From a virus, in IMG/VR virus record IMGVR_UViG_3300025875_000013, positions 4,583 through 68,582 of that record: 64,000 nucleotides of DNA, one strand, 5' to 3'. The notes beneath the pieces are model-generated. The model had not been told where the DNA came from and did not search any database. It saw nothing but the letters and a program-made list of their open reading frames with translations. A program made the translations under genes and the position numbers. This document shows, piece by piece, positions 35,897-44,652 of this stretch (position 1 is its first letter; each line of letters opens with the position of its first letter).

Positions 35897-36578
35897 AAGT
35901 TTTAATAATAGGGTATTTAGAGGCGAAACTATTAAACGATTCCGGAAAGCACTTTTTTAAAGTATGGGCTTGCCCGTATTGTAGGGCCCTGTGATTGGCA
36001 AAAGGCCCTATACGTTGCTTTTCTACTGGAATGAAATTGTTATGCATAACGTCATAGGCCTGGTTGTAAGGAACCTCATGGGCATGAATATATGTCCAAA
36101 TATCATCAACGCTCCACCATGCTAAAGGAGAACAATTTCTTTTACCGTTCTTCATTTGATGGATTAAACCAAACCGGTTTAGATGTTTCCTGCGATAACT
36201 ATTTTCATCTGCCCTTAATCCTAAAAAGCAAAGATCAAATTCAAAGTTACTTAAATCGTTTCTGCCTTCATTCGTAATGAACCAATCGGTATGGTGCGCT
36301 TCGGTATGTAGCATTTTGAGATTCGGAACTGTGTCTAAATATTTTTGGGTTTGCGGTAATATAAATTCATCATCGTGATATATAGCCCTGCATTCCGGCA
36401 TATAACTACGTACCAAATGCAGTAAAACAGTAGAATCCTTACCGCCAGAAAGCGAAACATAAGGTTTATTGCAGGAGGCTAAAGCGGTTTTTACGCACGC
36501 TTTAGCCTGTTCAAGATTGGCTTTGAACCCCTTCTGCTCCGATAGTAATAGATAATATTCCTTATCCATTAGCACCAA
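35889..36578 (-). CDS. PAPS-reductase family (CysH-like) PP-loop protein
   Basis: PP-loop 'VSLSGGKDST' and 'LGLRADENSYRR' (GxRxxES..R). Confidence 0.65.
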   Translation of the reverse strand: MVLMDKEYYLLLSEQKGFKANLEQAKACVKTALASCNKPYVSLSGGKDSTVLLHLVRSYMPECRAIYHDDEFILPQTQKYLDTVPNLKMLHTEAHHTDWFITNEGRNDLSNFEFDLCFLGLRADENSYRRKHLNRFGLIHQMKNGKRNCSPLAWWSVDDIWTYIHAHEVPYNQAYDVMHNNFIPVEKQRIGPFANHRALQYGQAHTLKKCFPESFNSFASKYPIIKTYV

Positions 36579-37851
36579 AAAACTGTTTTATAGCTTCTTT
36601 ATTCTCTTCAATATGCTGCAAGTACAGACTATCATCCATATCCGGCAAGGCTGTTAAATTAACGTGCCCGTGCCCGATGCTGCTCTTAGCACACACGTAG
36701 GCATTTTGCTTGAATAGATTAACTAACCGGGCAAAAGCAGCTTCCATTAGAGGGTTGTCAGACCAGCAGGCCAGCGTATGCCGGAAAGGAGTACCGGTTG
36801 CGTAAACCTCATATTCATACTTCATCTGGTGGGTTTCAGGCTTGGCTTCTGGTAATACTTCAATGGTGCTTTCCAGTTTTTCGGAATCCAAACGGGTGCC
36901 AAACTGAATATGTACAAAGTCGTGAAAACTAGCCCGACCTAATCCGTTCTCAAAGCAAAGGGGTTTCGCATCGCCTACGGTAAGTTCGCCTTGTATAGTC
37001 TGGTTGCCTACGGCCGAACCAAAAAGGCCGATCATAGGACACATCTGAATATAATTTTGCCTTGCCTGTAAATCTTCGAAACCGTTGCTGTCGTTAATGG
37101 TGCCGCCCGTAAACAAACGGTGGTACAGCCCTGCTTCTATTTTTTCTATGCGGGCCAGTATGGCAAAGTCATACATAACCAAGCGTCGCAGTAATCCCCG
37201 GATGCTGTTACCAGAAATAACCGGCACCATTTCGTACATTTTGTGCGTGTCCGTGTCCTGAAAAGGTTGCAGCTGAACCTCTCCTAATTGGTCTTGCAGG
37301 ACATCTAATGGGTTCAAGTCACCCGTACCTTCGTTGAAGAGAGTAAGGCTGGTTACTTTTTTCTTTTTACCATTTTCCTTATCCCAATTCACGGTATCAT
37401 CTTTCAGTTTCCGGAAAACAGCCATAATGTATTGGTGTTCATCCCGGATAACCTGCAATAACTCTTCATCATCAAACAACTCCAGAATATCTATCACATC
37501 AAACCGCCCGTCTTCTTTTTGGGTAATCTGCCGGATTTCCAGTTTCTGGCAGATGGTATTAAGAAAATCTTCTTTGCTCCGTACAGAAGTAGAGGATATT
37601 AATTTGGCCGCTACTTCGTCGTATATCGTTACCCGGCCTTTATCCTCCATTTTGTTCCAGAGCTTTATAAGCAGGTAGGCTACGGCCATTCGTTTTAATT
37701 TGCGTTGGTCCGGCGTGAAGCGGCTGCGAATAACTTTTGCTTTTTCCTGTATTACCCTTTCCCTTCTTAAGGTGCGCAGGGTGCCCATATTCAAATCGGA
37801 GCCGGTATGTATGGGTTCCAGGGCGGTAAACTGATAGTTAATTTTTTGCAT
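36562..37851 (-). CDS. Cas7-like RAMP protein (candidate Csf2-like backbone subunit)
   Basis: N-terminal 'ALEPIHTGSD' (Cas7 PLHIGSG-type motif). Central 'VPVISGNSIRGLLRRL' (RAMP IPGSSxKGxxR motif). C-terminal small G-rich 'SSIGHGHV'. Confidence 0.5.
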   Translation of the reverse strand: MQKINYQFTALEPIHTGSDLNMGTLRTLRRERVIQEKAKVIRSRFTPDQRKLKRMAVAYLLIKLWNKMEDKGRVTIYDEVAAKLISSTSVRSKEDFLNTICQKLEIRQITQKEDGRFDVIDILELFDDEELLQVIRDEHQYIMAVFRKLKDDTVNWDKENGKKKKVTSLTLFNEGTGDLNPLDVLQDQLGEVQLQPFQDTDTHKMYEMVPVISGNSIRGLLRRLVMYDFAILARIEKIEAGLYHRLFTGGTINDSNGFEDLQARQNYIQMCPMIGLFGSAVGNQTIQGELTVGDAKPLCFENGLGRASFHDFVHIQFGTRLDSEKLESTIEVLPEAKPETHQMKYEYEVYATGTPFRHTLACWSDNPLMEAAFARLVNLFKQNAYVCAKSSIGHGHVNLTALPDMDDSLYLQHIEENKEAIKQFFGANG

Positions 37852-38551
37852 AAGATTTCTGTAAAAAATGGACGATTAAATTAAATATATTGGTGTTCCG
37901 GAATTGATTCAGAGCTTCATTTTCCTGTTCAAACCTTTCTAATCCATAAGCTGCTATCTTTTGGTACATCGGTAATTTTTCACCCCTGATTTCTTCTTTG
38001 GTGAAATAAGTAGGGGGCATGGCAGCATCTTCTTTGCCGGTTACAACCGTGTACCAGGAAGAAATAATAGGCAGGAATTGATTTACCTGTTCCCGGTCAA
38101 AATAACAGTTGTATTTATCGGTAGTAATTAAGAAATAACCCTTATCGGTGTTGGTAACGGTTTTATAACTGGTATGCTTTTTATTGGAAAAAGTAAGGGC
38201 AATATGAAAAGGGGTTTCGGGTATATTCAGGAGCAAATCTAAAACCTCATTGGATTTAAGGATGCGAAAAACACTTTCGGAAGCGTAGTAATTATAGTTG
38301 CGGAGTGAATTGAAACCTTTACCACTTTCACTAGGATAAACTTCTTCAATACACAATGCTGCCTCCACCGAACTATAAGGAGAAGGGTATTTTACATACT
38401 CATGATCGGTGAATGTGTCTTTTATCAGGTCTTTATTCCTTACACCTTCGCTTATTTTTTTGCCGGTGAAAGAACAAATGCTGCCTTCCGGCATTTCAAA
38501 TACCGGTATTTTTAGATTTCCCCGGATAAGATGCTTGGCTATTATTTCCAT
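37838..38551 (-). CDS. hypothetical protein, first gene of the RAMP/CysH cluster (possible large-subunit analog, speculative)
   Basis: 237-aa ORF overlapping the Cas7-like gene start. No motif recognised. Confidence 0.25.
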   Translation of the reverse strand: MEIIAKHLIRGNLKIPVFEMPEGSICSFTGKKISEGVRNKDLIKDTFTDHEYVKYPSPYSSVEAALCIEEVYPSESGKGFNSLRNYNYYASESVFRILKSNEVLDLLLNIPETPFHIALTFSNKKHTSYKTVTNTDKGYFLITTDKYNCYFDREQVNQFLPIISSWYTVVTGKEDAAMPPTYFTKEEIRGEKLPMYQKIAAYGLERFEQENEALNQFRNTNIFNLIVHFLQKSYAKN

Positions 38552-38631
38552 GATTTAACTCCGCTTAAATTTAGTACCAGATTGTCGTTATAGGAAACCA
38601 CTTTATTAGTCATATTATTTATATCATTTTA

Positions 38632-38650
38632 ATTTGATATAGCAAATATA
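38632..38650. promoter_or_regulatory. operator-like near-palindrome ATTTGATATAGCAAATATA
   Basis: Second copy of the 19-nt site, in the divergent intergenic region between the RAMP cluster (minus) and the plus-strand genes. Confidence 0.35.
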
Positions 38651-38682
38651 ATTGTTATTTTTGTTAAATCAAACTAAACATT

Positions 38683-38919
38683 ATGGAAAACACTTTAAAA
38701 TACGAAAAGGAAGTAAATCAATTATTGCGCGATTTATTTTATGAGGATTGGATGGGCGAAGGCGAATGGCAGGAATTTATTCAGCTTTTATTAAGGGAGA
38801 ATAAATTATCAATCGGACTATTATCTAAACAAATAGAGACAGGGGTAAATAATGGGTATAGTGTAGACTACCAGATAAAGCTACTTAAAGTCATAACAAA
38901 ATCAACGGTGAAAAACTAA
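38683..38919 (+). CDS. hypothetical protein (paralog pair, first member)
   Basis: Starts 'MENTLKYEKE'. Preceded by a 21-nt leader identical to that of the next gene. Confidence 0.3.
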   Translation: MENTLKYEKEVNQLLRDLFYEDWMGEGEWQEFIQLLLRENKLSIGLLSKQIETGVNNGYSVDYQIKLLKVITKSTVKN

Positions 38920-38924
38920 ACATT

Positions 38925-39164
38925 ATGGAAAACCTACTCAACTCAAACAATCTTATCGAAATCGACGAGGCCTTAACCAAATTTAAGGAGCATCATAAAA
39001 GAGAAGCCGCAAAAGATATACATTTGCAAACCATGCTTACCTTTCAAGTCAATGTAGAAATCAGAAATGGAGATGCCCCAACAGGCTATTATATGGGCTA
39101 TGATAACGCTGTGCGGGACGTATTGGAATTTATAGGCAATAACTTTACACCTAAGAAGGCCTAG
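38925..39164 (+). CDS. hypothetical protein (paralog pair, second member)
   Basis: Starts 'MENLLNSNNL'. Same 21-nt leader AAACTAAACATTATGGAAAAC. Confidence 0.3.
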   Translation: MENLLNSNNLIEIDEALTKFKEHHKREAAKDIHLQTMLTFQVNVEIRNGDAPTGYYMGYDNAVRDVLEFIGNNFTPKKA

Positions 39165-39464
39165 AATTCAAGGAATAATACCTAAATTAAGGTATGCTCA
39201 AACAACCTAAATTTATTACCCTTCGCGTTGCACCCTATAAAGGATGGTTTTGGTATACTAATTATGAAGGAGAATATGCAACATCCGGATTCCTATATAT
39301 GAATTGATATGACTAGATATAATCCAAACTTTCTTATAATCCTAGTAGCGGAGCAATATAGGGGCTATTTTTTCTTTGAGACATTAGAAAATGAATACGT
39401 ACCAACACCTTATATTTATTTTAACTAATGCCTACAACGAACAATTTATTGAACATCTAAAATT

Positions 39465-39704
39465 ATGAAAAAATTAATCTGCTATCTTTTCAATCACAAG
39501 TACAGGCTTCTTAGAAAGATAAGCCCAAGTGTCAGGGAAATAAAATGCACAAGATGCTTACAGGAGTTTGGAATGAATGATAATCTTAAGGCATTAATTC
39601 CTTTAGACGGGGAACTTAGAGATATTCATAATGAAATGTTGTTTATTCATAAAATAAAGGAGGATATGTGGCGGCAACACCAGAGCAATTTATTGAACAG
39701 CTAA
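39465..39704 (+). CDS. hypothetical Cys-containing protein
   Basis: 79-aa ORF with 'CYLFNHK...CTRC'. Confidence 0.25.
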   Translation: MKKLICYLFNHKYRLLRKISPSVREIKCTRCLQEFGMNDNLKALIPLDGELRDIHNEMLFIHKIKEDMWRQHQSNLLNS

Positions 39705-40192
39705 AAGCCTTGCAAAAAGCCTTGCAAACCGAAGGGCTGAAAATAGCGCAGAAAATGGCTTTAACCGGCAAATCCTTAGTACAGGAACGCATACAGCGTG
39801 AAGGTTTGCCGGGTGAGCAATACTCAACTAATGAGATGCCTACTTTCCTTTGGGAAGATCAGGTGCGTAACGCTGGGGGTACAAAGTATTTGGAAGATAA
39901 CAGTTCCGGTACGTGGGGCAACTTTCGAAAGGCCCAGGGGTTAAATAGCTCCTTTGTGGATTTAACTTATTCAGGGAGGATGTTTAATGGTTTGCGACCG
40001 ATTAAAAAGTTTGCTACGGGTACCACTTTTGAGGTACACATGGGCGGTACGGATCAGGAAGTAGACAATAAGCTGATGTGGAATATAGAGCGATACGGGG
40101 ACTTTCTGCAACCTAACCAGGAAGAACAGAAAGAAATTGATGAAATAGTAGACGATGAAGTTGGTAATTTAATAGACAAATATTTAAGATGA
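39668..40192 (+). CDS. hypothetical structural protein (head-tail joining region)
   Basis: 174-aa ORF at the start of the tail module. Assignment by position only. Confidence 0.3.
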   Translation: MAATPEQFIEQLKALQKALQTEGLKIAQKMALTGKSLVQERIQREGLPGEQYSTNEMPTFLWEDQVRNAGGTKYLEDNSSGTWGNFRKAQGLNSSFVDLTYSGRMFNGLRPIKKFATGTTFEVHMGGTDQEVDNKLMWNIERYGDFLQPNQEEQKEIDEIVDDEVGNLIDKYLR

Positions 40193-40524
40193 TTAATGCA
40201 AAAGGATTAAGCTTGGGCAATTTATTATACTTCCAACGAAAAATAATAGCGGTCACACTTACTGATTTGGAATGGATAAAAAATGGCGAAAAGCTATACA
40301 GACCCATTCCTTTAACAGAAGAATGGTTATTAAGAGCGAATTTTGAAGAAATAGGCAACAACACCTTCACTCATGGCAATATCTGGCTTTGTAAAAAAGA
40401 TGGAGGCTATTTTTTTATTAACGATGAGTGGCAAGAAGTTACAGATAAAATATATTTATACTTACATGAAATACAAAATTTAGTTTTTGTGCTAAGTGAT
40501 TATGAGTTGAAAATTAAGCTATAA
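40189..40524 (+). CDS. hypothetical protein
   Basis: 111-aa ORF. Confidence 0.25.
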   Translation: MINAKGLSLGNLLYFQRKIIAVTLTDLEWIKNGEKLYRPIPLTEEWLLRANFEEIGNNTFTHGNIWLCKKDGGYFFINDEWQEVTDKIYLYLHEIQNLVFVLSDYELKIKL

Positions 40525-40540
40525 TAGAAAAGTATTTGAA

Positions 40541-40729
40541 ATGAGCGATTTAGAATGCGCTGCTATGGCAATTGCATGGCAAATGATGCAATATGAAAAG
40601 ACAGGAGCACCCAAAGGAACCCGCAAGTGGTTTCCTAGACACATTTACAGTAAAAGTGAAGGATGGGAATTAGTAAATTGTGAAAACGGGTGTGTAATTG
40701 CCAATATGCGACCGAAAAGAAGAAAATAA
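40541..40729 (+). CDS. hypothetical Cys-containing small protein
   Basis: 62-aa ORF with 'CAAMAIAW...CENGC'. Confidence 0.2.
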   Translation: MSDLECAAMAIAWQMMQYEKTGAPKGTRKWFPRHIYSKSEGWELVNCENGCVIANMRPKRRK

Positions 40730-41448
40730 TGGATATAAATAAACCGCTAGGAAGAAGGGCGTACGGTTCTATTCCGCATCTTCCTGGTTCCAGGCTTGGA
40801 CCCGGTGATTATTGCATTAATAAAGGACAGGCCCGGATAGCCACAGAAAAACCAAGAGATAAGCACGATTTAATAATTGTGCAGGAAAAGCTAGACGGCT
40901 CAAATGTTGCTGTAGTAAAAGTAGAAGGCGAAATATATGCCCTAACCCGTGCCGGATATTCAGCGGAAACATCTCCTTACGTGCAGCATCATTTTTTCGC
41001 TAAGTGGGTAGAGCAAAACGAAGGGCGCTTTGCTCGCCTGCTTTATGAAGGAGAAAGATTATCCGGAGAATGGTTGGCAATGGCCCACGGTACTCAGTAT
41101 AATTTACCGCATGAACCGTTCGTGGCCTTTGATTTATTTACTAGCAGCAACGAACGGGTTCCGTATAAAAAATTTGAAGCGGCTGTAAAAGATTATGATT
41201 TTATTATTCCAAAACTGCTTCACATAGGCAATAATTCTTTTTCAGTAGAGCAAATGAAGGAGGCAATTACTACAAGCGGTCACGGGGCCATAGATGAGGT
41301 TGAAGGCGCTGTCTGGAGAGTTGAACGAAAAGAAAAAGTTGATTTCTTATGCAAGTACGTTCATCACAATAAACAGGATGGTAAGTATTTTGCCGAACAT
41401 ACAGGCAAGGGCAATTTATGGAATTGCGACATTTCACAATGGGAATAA
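40690..41448 (+). CDS. ATP-dependent polynucleotide ligase, Rnl2-like nucleotidyltransferase domain (probable RNA ligase)
   Basis: Motif I 'VQEKLDGSNV' (KxDGxN), motif III 'LSGEWLAMAHG', motif IV 'EGAVWRV', motif V 'FLCKYVHHNK'. At 252 aa it has an adenylyltransferase domain only. Confidence 0.55.
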   Translation: MCNCQYATEKKKIMDINKPLGRRAYGSIPHLPGSRLGPGDYCINKGQARIATEKPRDKHDLIIVQEKLDGSNVAVVKVEGEIYALTRAGYSAETSPYVQHHFFAKWVEQNEGRFARLLYEGERLSGEWLAMAHGTQYNLPHEPFVAFDLFTSSNERVPYKKFEAAVKDYDFIIPKLLHIGNNSFSVEQMKEAITTSGHGAIDEVEGAVWRVERKEKVDFLCKYVHHNKQDGKYFAEHTGKGNLWNCDISQWE

Positions 41449-42198
41449 TATAATTAAAAATAATTTGTAAATTACAGCACATTCTAAATATTATGCTAAA
41501 CTCCTTTCAACGGGCTAAAATAAGCGCCCTTTTACCCGAAATAGCGCAGCGTACCGGTATCCCTTATCCGAAACTTGCCGAATTACTTTGCGGTGAACCA
41601 GTAACGATAAATCCGTTTGTCTGTGAAGATGAACCGCAGGATAGATATCTTACTGAATTTACCGAAGATTGTTTTTGTGATGAACATGGTAGGCGTTATT
41701 GATCATTTTTATGAAAATGGTAATAGAAATCATTATAGCGTGTATTATCGGATTATCAGGTGGCTTGTCATGTGGATTAGGCTTTTGGCCTAAATATGAG
41801 ATAAGAAAAAACTTTAGAATACAAATATACTTAGGAGTCGTTTCTTTATTCTTTACTTTAATTCTATTTCTGATTTTACAATTATAAAAAATAAAATAGC
41901 AGTAGTCACGTGTTTAAATGATATTATTGTGCCCGATTTTAAATGTTTAGAACAGGTTGAATATAAAAGTTCACGTAGTTACCGGGATGCGAAAAAGAAA
42001 ATGCGTAGATTAGCAAAGCAAGGTTTCAGTAAACCATATAGAGGTGAATAATCCTACCTGGCTTGATTTGACACTACTTTGCCTTTCCTGTGTTTGGATA
42101 GGGTGGGGCTTACATGCAACGTATGTAGAATCAGAAAGAGAATTTCAACAATGGAGACGAAAGTTTGAGAAAACTAAGAAAAGGTTTAATAAATAATT

Positions 42199-42507
42199 AT
42201 GGCTAAAAACAGAATTACACCCAAAACCGAAAAAGCTTTAAAAGAATTAGCTGCGCGTTTACCCGTTCCTCAAAAGGTTGGCAAAGTGCCTGTAACCGGT
42301 AAAGAGCTGATAGACAGAAACCCCGATGCGAAAGATAGTAGCGGTAATCCAGTTGATCCTAAGTTAAATTATTTTCACTCTTACCCACCGGCTGTAAATC
42401 ATCTACGTAGGATGCGTAAAGCTTATGAAGAGGGCGGCAATGCGGCGGTAAATAAGTATTTGAAGCCATACTTAAAGAAAGAATATTCTGAACCTGCAAC
42501 CAGCTAA
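42199..42507 (+). CDS. hypothetical protein
   Basis: 102-aa ORF. Confidence 0.25.
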   Translation: MAKNRITPKTEKALKELAARLPVPQKVGKVPVTGKELIDRNPDAKDSSGNPVDPKLNYFHSYPPAVNHLRRMRKAYEEGGNAAVNKYLKPYLKKEYSEPATS

Positions 42508-42519
42508 TTTATTTTAACC

Positions 42520-42816
42520 ATGAACATAACAGCATTTTTAATAAGCTTTTTCTTGATATTTATTATTACCGGGGGCTTTAGGACCATGCTGGAGCTCTTT
42601 TTTAATGCTAAAAAACCAGAAACATGTAAGCTAAAAATACCAGAGGATCATAAAAACCACCCTAATATCATTTATGATGATCCGAAAGATAAAAAAAATA
42701 GCACTTATGAGATTGATGGCTATGTATATTATAAAGGAATGTTACTTCAGTGGCCGGTAATCCTATTAGGAGTACCCAGTCCTTACAAACCTTTAAAGGA
42801 ACACGAAATTGAATAG
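42520..42816 (+). CDS. small membrane protein
   Basis: 'ITAFLISFFLIFIITGGF' is an N-terminal TM helix. Confidence 0.25.
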   Translation: MNITAFLISFFLIFIITGGFRTMLELFFNAKKPETCKLKIPEDHKNHPNIIYDDPKDKKNSTYEIDGYVYYKGMLLQWPVILLGVPSPYKPLKEHEIE

Positions 42817-43381
42817 GGATTTAGCACTTATTATCCGGGACGCTATCAAAACCTTGCCCTTTGTAGATAAAGCCACCGGACTTGTAAAAACAATTGAACA
42901 GGAACGAACTAGCGAAGACGGCAAGACTATCGTTATACGCTTTCCCGCTTCTTTGGACGTAGAGGAACCGCTTGCGCCCGGACAATACAGCGATTGCACC
43001 CCGGACGATAAGTATAAAAGCGTTTTCTTTGTAGAAGATAGAGGTGGTAGGTCAAAGGGGAAAGATAATAGGGGAGCGGTAAGTCTTACTTCAACATTGC
43101 GACTGGTAGGCTGGCTGAATAGTAGGTTTAAACCAGGCGCTGACGGATTGGCTATAATGAATATTATCAAAGCAATTCCCGAACGCCCTGCAAATACAGA
43201 CCTGCTTAAAAATATTACCTGTACAGCCGGGGCAATCTTAGGAGTAGAAGACCGGATATTTGGACGATATACATTTGAGGAACGTACAAAGCAATATCTT
43301 ATGTCTCCTTACACCGCCTTTGCGATAGACTATACATTTGAATACCAGATCGGAACCGCCTGCCTCCCCGAATATGAATAA
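42809..43381 (+). CDS. major tail (tube) protein (putative, by position)
   Basis: 190-aa ORF upstream of the G/GT chaperone pair and the tape measure gene. Confidence 0.35.
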   Translation: MNRDLALIIRDAIKTLPFVDKATGLVKTIEQERTSEDGKTIVIRFPASLDVEEPLAPGQYSDCTPDDKYKSVFFVEDRGGRSKGKDNRGAVSLTSTLRLVGWLNSRFKPGADGLAIMNIIKAIPERPANTDLLKNITCTAGAILGVEDRIFGRYTFEERTKQYLMSPYTAFAIDYTFEYQIGTACLPEYE

Positions 43382-43694
43382 TCTATATCTAATGGCTTTA
43401 GAATTAGCCCTAACCGCTTACGTGTATTCAGAGGTGCTGACGCAGCCCGGAATGATACTGAATGGTTTTTATAATTGGCTGGAAAGAAACCTGGTTACCG
43501 AATCACAGGGACGGCTTGAAGTGATATTTAAGCCGCTTATCGGTTGTTACCTATGTGTTGCCGGGCAATTTGCTTTATGGGGCTACCTCATTGCTTACCT
43601 GCCGCATTACAATTTATTTGAACACGTATTTTTTATCTGTTTAACTATATTTATAGCAAGAATTTTGCACCGTATTTATACATGGAAGAAGTAA
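43338..43694 (+). CDS. hypothetical hydrophobic protein
   Basis: 118-aa ORF with hydrophobic segments. Overlaps both neighbours and may be spurious. Confidence 0.2.
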   Translation: MNTRSEPPASPNMNNLYLMALELALTAYVYSEVLTQPGMILNGFYNWLERNLVTESQGRLEVIFKPLIGCYLCVAGQFALWGYLIAYLPHYNLFEHVFFICLTIFIARILHRIYTWKK

Positions 43695-44212
43695 TTAACC
43701 CGTTAGACGAATTTCAGGAACCACAGGAAGAGGGCTTTGTATCTAAACTATGGATGCCGCCACTACATGCTACTTCTTTTGAAGCGAACGGCAAAACCTA
43801 CTATAAAGCAAATTCTATCTCTATATCCAGAATGAGGGCTTACGAAAAGCTAACCGTAGGGGGAGTTCTGGATTTTAAAAGGGCATGGGATAAACTGGTA
43901 CTGGCTAAAGCACATCTAAATAAAGGACTTATTGTAGATGCCGGTATTGAATTAGACAAAGTAATGTCCGGGATGGTAAATATAGATGAAGGCGAAGTAC
44001 AGGCAGTTATGATTTGTACTTTATTTTGGAATATTAAAGATGAAGATGATAGATTCTACGTGCATACTAAAATGCTGGAAAAAATAGAAGATTGGTCTTT
44101 AAGTGGCCTAGACAGCCAATTTTTTTTTCAGGATGCGGCCCTTTCTTTACCCGGCTTTATAGCCGCTTGCAAAGATCGTATCCAAACCTCTTTGAAAACA
44201 GAAAAGATTTAA
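43682..44212 (+). CDS. tail assembly chaperone (gpG-like, 0-frame product)
   Basis: Located immediately upstream of the tape measure gene. Contains the slippery run U UUU UUU (44120-44128), and the -1 frame ORF overlaps it. Confidence 0.55.
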   Translation: MEEVINPLDEFQEPQEEGFVSKLWMPPLHATSFEANGKTYYKANSISISRMRAYEKLTVGGVLDFKRAWDKLVLAKAHLNKGLIVDAGIELDKVMSGMVNIDEGEVQAVMICTLFWNIKDEDDRFYVHTKMLEKIEDWSLSGLDSQFFFQDAALSLPGFIAACKDRIQTSLKTEKI

Positions 44213-44448
44213 CCCTTCCTGAATCCAAAAAACCGCAAACCATAGCCCAACGGAAGCTAGAAAGAGATAAGTATTGGACTCAACTTTTGTTTAATATGGC
44301 AGACGGTAATATGCAAGATATGGAGGTATTAAATGGCTTAGATGTATTTGAATTTTACGCCAGGTTCACTATTTGGGAAAAAAGGCTTGACGATCAATTA
44401 AGAAATGCAGACAAACCCGTAGCGAAAGCCAGAACATCGCGCCGTTAA
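44092..44448 (+). CDS. gpT-like -1 frame extension of the tail assembly chaperone (GT fusion via programmed frameshift)
   Basis: The ORF in the -1 frame relative to 43682 begins upstream of the slippery site and extends 320 nt beyond the 0-frame stop, the conserved G/GT arrangement. Confidence 0.5.
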   Translation: MVFKWPRQPIFFSGCGPFFTRLYSRLQRSYPNLFENRKDLTLPESKKPQTIAQRKLERDKYWTQLLFNMADGNMQDMEVLNGLDVFEFYARFTIWEKRLDDQLRNADKPVAKARTSRR

Positions 44449-44652
44449 TCTTTCATTTATTTTTAGTATTTTAATAACCATAAACAGGCATGTCTATGGT
44501 TATTTCTATTTATATCCTATCCATACTTCTATTAATTTCTTTCTGCTTAAATATCCGTTATGTCCGGGCGTATCGAAAAGCTATGCGGTATAATGAGCGG
44601 CTCTTTAAAGAGGTTATAACCTTGCAGGATAAAGTAAACGCGGAGGTATAAT

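Noticed and set aside
43338-43694. 118-aa hydrophobic ORF overlapping both the putative major tail gene and the chaperone gene.
   Set aside because: Kept only as a low-confidence feature. It may be a frame artifact in a region where flanking genes overlap.
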